This document shows positions 1 to 12,412 of a stretch of DNA of 20,716 nucleotides, one piece after another (the stretch's first letter is position 1; each line of letters opens with the position of its first letter). The notes below the pieces were generated by a model, which ran no database searches, was not told where the DNA came from, and saw only the letters and a list, made by a program, of their open reading frames with translations. The stretch spans positions 1,148,404 through 1,169,119 of the forward strand of contig QPGO01000001.1 in the NCBI GenBank assembly GCA_008632985.1, given 5' to 3'. A program made the translations under genes and the position numbers. The DNA comes from Psammoneis japonica (taxonomy: Eukaryota).

Positions 1-3000
1 ACGTTACGGTAGAAGACAGCGTAAGGGGTGCGATCACCAACCTGGTTTCGGGAGATTCAGACAATGACGGAAAGCTTGATTTGGATGAAACGTGGATCTT
101 CGAGGACTACGGATCGCACAAGTCGGTGTCTACAATAACACCGGATCGACCGAGGCTACAGCGAATGGAAAGAAGGTTGACGATTCCGACCCCACATCTT
201 ATTACGGCGTGAACGCGTCCATCGGCATTGACACAGTCACTAACGGCCAAGACGGGCCTAACATCAATGTGGGAGAACCCGTCACCTGGACTTATACTGT
301 CAAAAACCTGGGCAACGAGCCTCTCACCAATATCACGGTACGGGACAGCGAGGGAGGACCGGTTACCAACCTCCTCCGTGGCGATTCAAACGGGGACGGA
401 ACTTGGATCCGACCGAAACTTGGGTGTACGAGCTACGGCACCGCCGATGAGGGAGTGTACAACAACACTGGATCGACGTCGGCCCTGTCCAACGGTCAGC
501 CTGTGAATGCAACGGACCCCACGTCTTACTTTGGCGTGAATGCATCGATCTTGATTGACACAGTGACCAATGGCTACGATGGATTGGACATCGATAAGGG
601 AAAGAACGTCACGTGGAAATACACAGTGACCAATGGAGGCAACTTTGAACTGTCAAACGTTACGGTAGAAGACAGCGTAAGGGGTGCGATCACCAACCTG
701 GTTTCGGGAGATTCAGACAATGACGGAAAGCTTGATTTGGATGAAACGTGGATCTTCGAGGACTACGGGATCGCACAAGTCGGCGTCTACAACAACACCG
801 GATCGACCGAGGCTACAGCGAATGGAAAGAAGGTTGACGATTCCGACCCCACATCTTATTACGGCGTGAACGGGTCCATCGGCATTGACACAGTCACTAA
901 CGGCCAAGACGGGCCTAACATCAATGTGGGAGAACCCGTCACCTGGACTTATACTGTCAAAAACCTGGGCAACGAGCCTCTCACCAATATCACGGTACGG
1001 GACAGCAGGGAGGACCGGTTACCAACCTCCTCCGTGGCGATTCAAACGGGGACGGAAACTTGGATCCGACCGAAACTTGGGTGTACGAAGCATACGGCAT
1101 CGCCGATGAGGGAGTGTACAACAACACTGGATCGACGTCGGCCCTGTCCAACGGTCAGCCTGTGAATGCAACGGACCCCACGTCTTACTTTGGCGTGAAT
1201 GCATCGATCTTGATTGACACAGTGACCAATGGCTACGATGGATTGGACATCGATAAGGGAAAGAACGTCACGTGGAAATACACAGTAACCAATGGAGGCA
1301 ACTTTGAACTGTCAAACGTTACGGTAGAAGACAGCGTAAGGGGTGCGATCACCAACCTGGTTTCGGGAGATTCAGACAATGACGGAAAGCTTGATTTGGA
1401 TGAAACGTGGATCTTCGAGGACAACGGAATCGCACAAGTCGGTGTCTACAATAACACCGGATCGACCGAGGCTACAGCGAATGGAAAGAAGGTTGACGAT
1501 TCCGACCCCACATCTTATTACGGCGTGAACGCGTCCATCGGCATTGACACAGTCACTAACGGCCAAGACGGGCCTAACATCAATGTGGGAGAACCCGTCA
1601 CCTGGACTTATACTGTCAAAAACCTGGGCAACGAGCCTCTCACCAATATCACGGTACGGGACAGCGAGGGAGGACCGGTTACCAACCTCCTCCGTGGCGA
1701 TTCAAACGGGGACGGAAACTTGGATCCGACCGAAACTTGGGTGTACGAGGCCTACGGCACCGCCGATGAGGGAGTGTACAACAACACTGGATCGACGTCG
1801 GCCCTGTCCAACGGTCAGCCTGTGAATGCAACGGACCCCACGTCTTACTTTGGCGTGAATGCATCGATCTTGATTGACACAGTGACCAATGGCTACGATG
1901 GATTGGACATCGATAAGGGAAAGAACGTCACGTGGAAATACACAGTAACCAATGGAGGCAACTTTGAACTGTCAAACGTTACGGTAGAAGACAGCGTAAG
2001 GGGTGCGATCACCAACCTGGTTTCGGGAGATTCAGACAATGACGGAAAGCTTGATTTGGATGAAACGTGGATCTTCGAGGACTACGGGATCGCACAAGTC
2101 GGCGTCTACAATAACACCGGATCGACCGAGGCTACAGCGAATGGAAAGAAGGTTGACGATTCCGACCCCACATCTTATTACGGCGTGAACGCGTCCATCG
2201 GCATTGACACAGTCACTAACGGCCAAGACGGGCCTAACATCAATGTGGGAGAACCCGTCACCTGGACTTATACCGTCAAAAACCTGGGCAATGAGCCTCT
2301 CACCAATATCACGGTACGGGACAGCGAGGGAGGACCGGTTACCAACCTCCTTCGTGGCGATTCAAACGGGACGGAAACTTGGATCCGACCGAAACATGGG
2401 TGTACGAGGCCTACGGCACCGCCGATGAGGGAGTGTACAACAACACTGGATCGACGTCGGCCCTGTCCAACGGTCAGCCTGTGAATGCAACGGACCCCAC
2501 GTCTTACTTTGGCGTGAATGCATCGATCTTGATTGACACAGTGACCAATGGCTACGATGGATTGGACATCGATAAGGGAAAGAACGTCACGTGGAAATAC
2601 ACAGTAACCAATGGAGGCAACTTTGAACTGTCAAACGTTACGGTAGAAGACAGCGTAAGGGGTGCGATCACCAACCTGGTTTCGGGAGATTCAGACAATG
2701 ACGGAAAGCTTGATTTGGATGAAACGTGGATCTTCGAGGACTACGGAATCGCACAAGTCGGTGTCTACAACAACACCGGATCGACCGAGGCTACAGCGAA
2801 TGGAAAGAAGGTTGACGATTCCGACCCCACATCTTATTACGGCGTGAACGCGTCCATCGGCATTGACACAGTCACTAACGGCCAAGACGGGCCTAGCATC
2901 AATGTGGGAGAACCCGTCACCTGGACTTATACTGTCAAAAACCTGGGCAACGAGCCTCTCACCAATATCACGGTACGGGACAGCAAGGGAGGACCGGTTA

Positions 3001-6000
3001 CCAACCTCCTCCGTGGCGATTCAAACGGGGACGGAAACTTGGATCCGACCGAAACTTGGGTGTACGAAGCATACGGCATCGCCGATGAGGGAGTGTACAA
3101 CAACACTGGATCGACGTCGGCCCTGTCCAACGGTCAGCCTGTGAATGCAACGGACCCCACGTCTTACTTTGGCGTGAATGCATCGATCTTGATTGACACA
3201 GTGACCAATGGCTACGATGGATTGGACATCGATAAGGGAAAGAACGTCACGTGGAAGTACACAGTGACCAATGGAGGCAACTTTGAACTGTCAAACGTTA
3301 CGGTAGAAGACAGCGTAAGGGGTGCGATCACCAACCTGGTTTCGGGAGATTCAGACAATGACGGAAAGCTTGATTTGGATGAAACGTGGATCTTCGAGGA
3401 CTACGGAATCGCACAAGTCGGTGTCTACAACAACACCGGATCGACCGAGGCTACAGCGAATGGAAAGAAGGTTGACGATTCCGACCCCACATCTTATTAC
3501 GGCGTGAACGCGTCCATCGGCATTGACACAGTCACTAACGGCCAAGACGGGCCTAGCATCAATGTGGGAGAACCCGTCACCTGGACTTATACCGTCAAAA
3601 ACCTGGGCAACGAGCCTCTCACCAATATCACGGTACGGGACAGCGAGGGAGGACCGGTTACCAACCTCCTTCGTGGCGATTCAAACGGGGACGGAAACTT
3701 GGATCCGACCGAAACTTGGGTGTACGAAGCATACGGCACCGCCGATGAGGGAGTGTACAACAACACTGGATCGACGTCGGCCCTGTCCAACGGTCAGCCT
3801 GTGAATGCAACGGACCCCACGTCTTACTTTGGCGTGAATGCATCGATCTTGATTGACACAGTGACCAATGGCTACGATGGATTGGACATCGATAAGGGAA
3901 AGAACGTCACGTGGAAATACACAGTGACCAATGGAGGCAACTTTGAACTGTCAACGTTACGGTAGAAGACAGCGTAAGGGGTGCGATCACCAACCTGGTT
4001 TCGGGAGATTCAGACAATGACGGAAAGCTTGATTTGGATGAAACGTGGATCTTCGAGGACAACGGAATCGCACAAGTCGGTGTCTACAATAACACCGGAT
4101 CGACCGAGGCTACAGCGAATGGAAAGAAGGTTGACGATTCCGACCCCACATCTTATTACGGCGTGAACGCGTCCATCGGCATTGACACAGTCACTAACGG
4201 CCAAGACGGGCCTAACATCAATGTGGGAGAACCCGTCACCTGGACTTATACTGTCAAAAACCTGGGCAACGAGCCTCTCACCAATATCACGGTACGGGAC
4301 AGCGAGGGAGGACCGGTTACCAACCTCCTCCGTGGCGATTCAAACGGGGACGGAAACTTGGATCCGACCGAAACTTGGGTGTACGAGGCCTACGGCACCG
4401 CCGATGAGGGAGTGTACAACAACACTGGATCGACGTCGGCCCTGTCCAACGGTCAGCCTGTGAATGCAACGGACCCCACGTCTTACTTTGGCGTGAATGC
4501 ATCGATCTTGATTGACACAGTGACCAATGGCTACGATGGATTGGACATCGATAAGGGAAAGAACGTCACGTGGAAATACACAGTGACCAATGGAGGCAAC
4601 TTTGAACTGTCAAACGTTACGGTAGAAGACAGCGTAAGGGGTGCGATCACCAACCTGGTTTCGGGAGATTCAGACAATGACGGAAAGCTTGATTTGGATG
4701 AAACGTGGATCTTCGAGGACTACGGAATCGCACAAGTCGGTGTCTACAATAACACCGGATCGACCGAGGCTACAGCGAATGGAAAGAAGGTTGACGATTC
4801 CGACCCCACATCTTATTACGGCGTGAACGCGTCCATCGGCATTGACACAGTCACTAACGGCCAAGACGGGCCTAACATCAATGTGGGAGAACCCGTCACC
4901 TGGACTTATACTGTCAAAAACCTGGGCAACGAGCCTCTCACCAATATCACGGTACGGGACAGCGAGGGAGGACCGGTTACCAACCTCCTCCGTGGCGATT
5001 CAAACGGGGACGGAAACTTGGATCCGACCGAAACTTGGGTGTACGAAGCATACGGCACCGCCGATGAGGGAGTGTACAACAACACTGGATCGACGTCAGC
5101 CCTGTCCAACGGTCAGCCTGTGAATGCAACGGACCCCACGTCTTACTTTGGCGTGAATGCATCGATCTTGATTGACACAGTGACAAATGGCTACGATGGA
5201 TTGGACATCGATAAGGGAAAGAACGTCACGTGGAAGTACACAGTGACCAATGGAGGCAACTTTGAACTGTCAAACGTTACCGTAGAAGACAGCGTAAGGG
5301 GTGCGATCACCAACCTGGTTTCGGGAGATTCGGACAATGACGGAAAGCTTGATTTGGATGAAACGTGGATCTTCGAGGACTACGGGATCGCACAAGTCGG
5401 CGTCTACAACAACACCGGATCGACCGAGGCTACAGCGAATGGAAAGAAGGTTGACGATTCCGACCCCACATCTTATTACGGCGTGAACGCGTCCATCGGC
5501 ATTGACACAGTCACTAACGGCCAAGACGGGCCTAACATCAATGTGGGAGAACCCGTCACCTGGACTTATACTGTCAAAAACCTGGGCAACGAGCCTCTCA
5601 CCAATATCACGGTACGGGACAGCAAGGGAGGACCGGTTACCAACCTCCTCCGTGGCGATTCAAACGGGGACGGAAACTTGGATCCGACCGAAACTTGGGT
5701 GTACGAAGCATACGGCATCGCCGATGAGGGAGTGTACAACAACACTGGATCGACGTCGGCCCTGTCCAACGGTCAGCCTGTGAATGCAACGGACCCCACG
5801 TCTTACTTTGGCGTGAATGCATCGATCTTGATTGACACAGTGACCAATGGCTACGATGGATTGGACATCGATAAGGGAAAGAACGTCACGTGGAAATACA
5901 CAGTAACCAATGGAGGCAACTTTGAACTGTCAAACGTTACGGTAGAAGACAGCGTAAGGGGTGCGATCACCAACCTGGTTTCGGGAGATTCAGACAATGA

Positions 6001-9000
6001 CGGAAAGCTTGATTTGGATGAAACGTGGATCTTCGAGGACAACGGAATCGCACAAGTCGGTGTCTACAATAACACCGGATCGACCGAGGCTACAGCGAAT
6101 GGAAAGAAGGTTGACGATTCCGACCCCACATCTTATTACGGCGTGAACGCGTCCATCGGCATTGACACAGTCACTAACGGCCAAGACGGGCCTAACATCA
6201 ATGTGGGAGAACCCGTCACCTGGACTTATACTGTCAAAAACCTGGGCAACGAGCCTCTCACCAATATCACGGTACGGGACAGCGAGGGAGGACCGGTTAC
6301 CAACCTCCTCCGTGGCGATTCAAACGGGGACGGAAACTTGGATCCGACCGAAACTTGGGTGTACGAGGCCTACGGCACCGCCGATGAGGGAGTGTACAAC
6401 AACACTGGATCGACGTCGGCCCTGTCCAACGGTCAGCCTGTGAATGCAACGGACCCCACGTCTTACTTTGGCGTGAATGCATCGATCTTGATTGACACAG
6501 TGACCAATGGCTACGATGGATTGGACATCGATAAGGGAAAGAACGTCACGTGGAAATACACAGTGACCAATGGAGGCAACTTTGAACTGTCAAACGTTAC
6601 GGTAGAAGACAGCGTAAGGGGTGCGATCACCAACCTGGTTTCGGGAGATTCAGACAATGACGGAAAGCTTGATTTGGATGAAACGTGGATCTTCGAGGAC
6701 TACGGGATCGCACAAGTCGGCGTCTACAATAACACCGGATCGACCGAGGCTACAGCGAATGGAAAGAAGGTTGACGATTCCGACCCCACATCTTATTACG
6801 GCGTGAACGCGTCCATCGGCATTGACACAGTCACTAACGGCCAAGACGGGCCTAACATCAATGTGGGAGAACCCGTCACCTGGACTTATACCGTCAAAAA
6901 CCTGGGCAATGAGCCTCTCACCAATATCACGGTACGGGACAGCGAGGGAGGACCGGTTACCAACCTCCTTCGTGGCGATTCAAACGGGGACGGAAACTTG
7001 GATCCGACCGAAACATGGGTGTACGAGGCCTACGGCACCGCCGATGAGGGAGTGTACAACAACACTGGATCGACGTCGGCCCTGTCCAACGGTCAGCCTG
7101 TGAATGCAACGGACCCCACGTCTTACTTTGGCGTGAATGCATCGATCTTGATTGACACAGTGACAAATGGCTACGATGGATTGGACATCGATAAGGGAAA
7201 GAACGTCACGTGGAAATACACAGTAACCAATGGAGGCAACTTTGAACTGTCAAACGTTACGGTAGAAGACAGCGTAAGGGGTGCGATCACCAACCTGGTT
7301 TCGGGAGATTCAGACAATGACGGAAAGCTTGATTTGGATGAAACGTGGATCTTCGAGGACTACGGAATCGCACAAATCGGTGTCTACAATAACACCGGAT
7401 CGACCGAGGCTACAGCGAATGGAAAGAAGGTTGACGATTCCGACCCCACATCTTATTACGGCGTGAACGCGTCCATCGGCATTGACACAGTCACTAACGG
7501 CCAAGACGGGCCTAACATCAATGTGGGAGAACCCGTCACCTGGACTTATACTGTCAAAAACCTGGGCAACGAGCCTCTCACCAATATCACGGTACGGGAC
7601 AGCGAGGGAGGACCGGTTACTAACCTCCTCCGTGGCGATTCAAACGGGGACGGAAACTTGGATCCGACCGAAACTTGGGTGTACGAGGCCTACGGCACCG
7701 CCGATGAGGGAGTGTACAACAACACTGGATCGACGTCGGCCCTGTCCAACGGTCAGCCTGTGAATGCAACGGACCCCACGTCTTACTTTGGCGTGAATGC
7801 ATCGATCTTGATTGACACAGTGACCAATGGCTACGATGGATTGGACATCGATAAGGGAAAGAACGTCACGTGGAAATACACAGTGACCAATGGAGGCAAC
7901 TTTGAACTGTCAAACGTTACGGTAGAAGACAGCGTAAGGGGTGCGATCACCAACCTGGTTTCGGGAGATTCAGACAATGACGGAAAGCTTGATTTGGATG
8001 AAACGTGGATCTTCGAGGACTATGGGATCGCACAAGTCGGCGTCTACAATAACACCGGATCGACCGAGGCTACAGCGAATGGAAAGAAGGTTGACGATTC
8101 CGACCCCACATCTTATTACGGCGTGAACGCGTCCATCGGCATTGACACAGTCACTAACGGCCAAGACGGGCCTAACATCAATGTGGGAGAACCCGTCACC
8201 TGGACTTATACCGTCAGAAACCTGGGCAATGAGCCTCTCACCAATATCACGGTACGGGACAGCGAGGGAGGACCGGTTACCAACCTCCTCCGTGGCGATT
8301 CAAACGGGGACGGAAACTTGGATCCGACCGAAACTTGGGTGTACGAGGCCTACGGCACCGCCGATGAGGGAGTGTACAACAACACTGGATCGACGTCGGC
8401 CCTGTCCAACGGTCAGCCTGTGAATGCAACGGACCCCACGTCTTACTTTGGCGTGAATGCATCGATCTTGATTGACACAGTGACCAATGGCTACGATGGA
8501 TTGGACATCGATAAGGGAAAGAACGTCACGTGGAAATACACAGTGACCAATGGAGGCAACTTTGAACTGTCAAACGTTACGGTAGAAGACAGCGTAAGGG
8601 GTGCGATCACCAACCTGGTTTCGGGAGATTCAGACAATGACGGAAAGCTTGATTTGGATGAAACGTGGATCTTCGAGGACAACGGAATCGCACAAGTCGG
8701 TGTCTACAATAACACCGGATCGACCGAGGCTACAGCGAATGGAAAGAAGGTTGACGATTCCGACCCCACATCTTATTACGGCGTGAACGCGTCCATCGGC
8801 ATTGACACAGTCACTAACGGCCAAGACGGGCCTAACATCAATGTGGGAGAACCCGTCACCTGGACTTATACCGTCAAAAACCTGGGCAACGAGCCTCTCA
8901 CCAATATCACGGTACGGGACAGCGAGGGAGGACCGGTTACCAACCTCCTCCGTGGCGATTCAAACGGGGACGGAAACTTGGATCCGACCGAAACTTGGGT

Positions 9001-12000
9001 GTACGAAGTATACGGCACCGCCGATGAGGGAGTGTACAACAACACTGGATCGACGTCGGCCCTGTCCAACGGTCAGCCTGTGAATGCAACGGACCCCACG
9101 TCTTACTTTGGCGTGAATGCATCGATCTTGATTGACACAGTGACCAATGGCTACGATGGATTGGACATCGATAAGGGAAAGAACGTCACGTGGAAGTACA
9201 CAGTGACCAATGGAGGCAACTTTGAACTGTCAAACGTTACCGTAGAAGACAGCGTAAGGGGTGCGATCACCAACCTGGTTTCGGGAGATTCGGACAATGA
9301 CGGAAAGCTTGATTTGGATGAAACGTGGATCTTCGAGGACTACGGGATCGCACAAGTCGGCGTCTACAACAACACCGGATCGACCGAGGCTACAGCGAAT
9401 GGAAAGAAGGTTGACGATTCCGACCCCACATCTTATTACGGCGTGAACGCGTCCATCGGCATTGAAACAGTCACTAACGGCCAAGACGGGCCTAACATCA
9501 ATGTGGGAGAACCCGTCACCTGGACTTATACCGTCAAAAACCTGGGCAACGAGCCTCTCACCAATATCACGGTACGGGACAGCAAGGGAGGACCGGTTAC
9601 CAACCTCCTCCGTGGCGATTCAAACGGGGACGGAAACTTGGATCCGACCGAAACTTGGGTGTACGAAGTATACGGCACCGCCGATGAGGGAGTGTACAAC
9701 AACACTGGATCGACGTCGGCCCTGTCCAACGGTCAGCCTGTGAATGCAACGGACCCCACGTCTTACTTTGGCGTGAATGCATCGATCTTGATTGACACAG
9801 TGACCAATGGCTACGATGGATTGGACATCGATAAGGGAAAGAACGTCACGTGGAAATACACAGTGACCAATGGAGGCAACTTTGAACTGTCAAACGTTAC
9901 GGTAGAAGACAGCGTAACGGGTGCGATCACCAACCTGGTTTCGGGAGATTCAGACAATGACGGAAAGCTTGATTTGGATGAGACGTGGATCTTCGAGGAC
10001 TACGGAATCGCACAAGTCGGCGTCTACAACAACACCGGATCGACCGAGGCTACAGCGAATGGAAAGAAGGTTGACGATTCCGACCCCACATCTTATTACG
10101 GCGTGAACGCGTCCATCGGCATTGACACAGCCACTAACGGCCAAGACGGGCCTAACATCAATGTGGGAGAACCCGTCACCTGGACTTATACTGTCAAAAA
10201 CCTGGGCAACGAGCCTCTCACCAATATCACAGTACGGGACAGCGAGGGAGGACCGGTTACCAACCTCCTCCGTGGCGATTCAAACGGGGACGGAAACTTG
10301 GATCCGACCGAAACTTGGGTGTACGGAGTATACGGCACCGCCGATGAGGGAGTGTACAACAACACTGGATCGACGTCGGCCCTGTCCAACGGTCAGCCTG
10401 TGAATGCAACGGACCCCACGTCTTACTTTGGCGTGAATGCATCGATCTTGATTGACACAGTGACCAATGGCTACGATGGATTGGACATCGATAAGGGAAA
10501 GAACGTCACGTGGAAATACACAGTGACCAATGGAGGCAACTTTGAACTGTCAAACGTTACTGTAGAAGACAGCGTAAGGGGTGCGATCACCAACCTGGTT
10601 TCGGGAGATTCAGACAATGACGGAAAGCTTGATTTGGATGAAACGTGGATCTTCGAGGACTACGGGATCGCACAAGTCGGCGTCTACAATAACACCGGAT
10701 CGACCGAGGCTACAGCGAATGGAAAGAAGGTTGACGATTCCGACCCCACATCTTATTACGGCGTGAACGCGTCCATCGGCATTGACACAGTCACTAACGG
10801 CCAAGACGGGCCTAACATCAATGTGGGAGAACCCGTCACCTGGACTTATACCGTCAAAAACCTGGGCAATGAGCCTCTCACCAATATCACGGTACGGGAC
10901 AGCGAGGGAGGACAGGTTACCAACCTCCTCCGTGGCGATTCAAACGGGGACGGAAACTTGGATCCGACCGAAACATGGGTGTACGAGGCCTACGGAACCG
11001 CCAATGAGGGAGTGTACAACAACACTGGATCGACGTCGGCCCTGTCCAACGGTCAGCCTGTGAATGCAACGGACCCCACGTCTTACTTTGGCGTGAATGC
11101 GTCGATCTTGATTGACACAGTGACCAATGGCTACGATGGATTGGACATCGATAAGGGAAAGAACGTCACGTGGAAGTACACAGTGACCAATGGAGGCAAC
11201 TTTGAACTGTCAAACGTTACCGTAGAAGACAGCGTAAGGGGTGCGATCACCAACCTGGTTTCGGGAGATTCAGACAATGACGGAAAGCTTGATTTGGATG
11301 AAACGTGGATCTTCGAGGACTACGGAATCGCACAAGTCGGTGTCTACAACAACACCGGATCGACCGAGGCTACAGCGAATGGAAAGAAGGTTGACGATTC
11401 CGACCCCACATCTTATTACGGCGTGAACGCGTCCATCGGCATTGACACAGTCACTAACGGCCAAGACGGGCCTAACATCAATGTGGGAGAACCCGTCACC
11501 TGGACTTATACCGTCAAAAACCTGGGCAATGAGCCTCTCACCAATATCACGGTACGGGACAGCGAGGGAGGACCGGTTACCAACCTCCTCCGTGGTGATT
11601 CAAACGGGGACGGAAACTTGGATCCGACCGAAACATGGGTGTACGAGGCCTACGGCATCGCCGATGAGGGAGTGTACAACAACACTGGATCGACGTCGGC
11701 CCTGTCCAACGGTCAGCCTGTGAATGCAACGGACCCCACGTCTTACTTTGGCGTGAATGCGTCGATCTTGATTGACACAGTGACCAATGGCTACGATGGA
11801 TTGGACATCGATAAGGGAAAGAACGTCACGTGGAAGTACACAGTGACCAATGGAGGCAACTTTGAACTGTCAAACGTTACGGTAGAAGACAGCGTAAGGG
11901 GTGCGATCACCAACCTGGTTTCGGGAGATTCAGACAATGACGGAAAGCTTGATTTGGATGAAACGTGGATCTTCGAGGACTACGGGATCGCACAAGTCGG

Positions 12001-12412
12001 CGTCTACAATAACACCGGATCGACCGAGGCTACAGCGAATGGAAAGAAGGTTGACGATTCCGACCCCACATCTTATTACGGGGTGAACGCGTCCATCGGC
12101 ATTGACACAGTCACTAACGGCCAAGACGGGCCTAGCATCAATGTGGGAGAACCCGTCACCTGGACTTATACTGTCAAAAACCTGGGCAACGAGCCTCTCA
12201 CCAATATCACGGTACGGGACAGCGAGGGAGGACCGGTTACCAACCTCCTCCGTGGCGATTCAAACGGGGACGGAAACTTGGATCCGACCGAAACTTGGGT
12301 GTACGAAGTATACGGCACCGCCGATGAGGGAGTGTACAACAACACTGGATCGACGTCGGCCCTGTCCAAAGGTCAGCCTGTGAATGCAACGGACTCCACG
12401 TCTTACTTTGGC
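1..12412 (+). repeat. 660-bp coding tandem array (220 aa = domain A + domain B, 330 bp each): 18 complete units, a leading partial B and a trailing A
   Basis: Unit starts (gtgaacg.gtccatcggc, VNASIG) at 209, 866, 1525, 2185, 2844, 3504, 4163, 4823, 5483, 6143, 6803, 7463, 8123, 8783, 9443, 10103, 10763, 11423 and 12083. Spacing is exactly 660 except where indels occur. Confidence 0.98.

Noticed and set aside
92..4033. Separate tandem genes or a silent-cassette antigenic-variation system
   Set aside because: There is no intergenic DNA, real start, signal peptide or recombinase site. The ORF breaks coincide with single-base indels relative to neighbouring copies.
209..12082. Diversity-generating retroelement template/variable repeat pattern
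   Set aside because: Variation is sparse, biallelic, not adenine-specific and mostly synonymous. There is no reverse transcriptase in the window.
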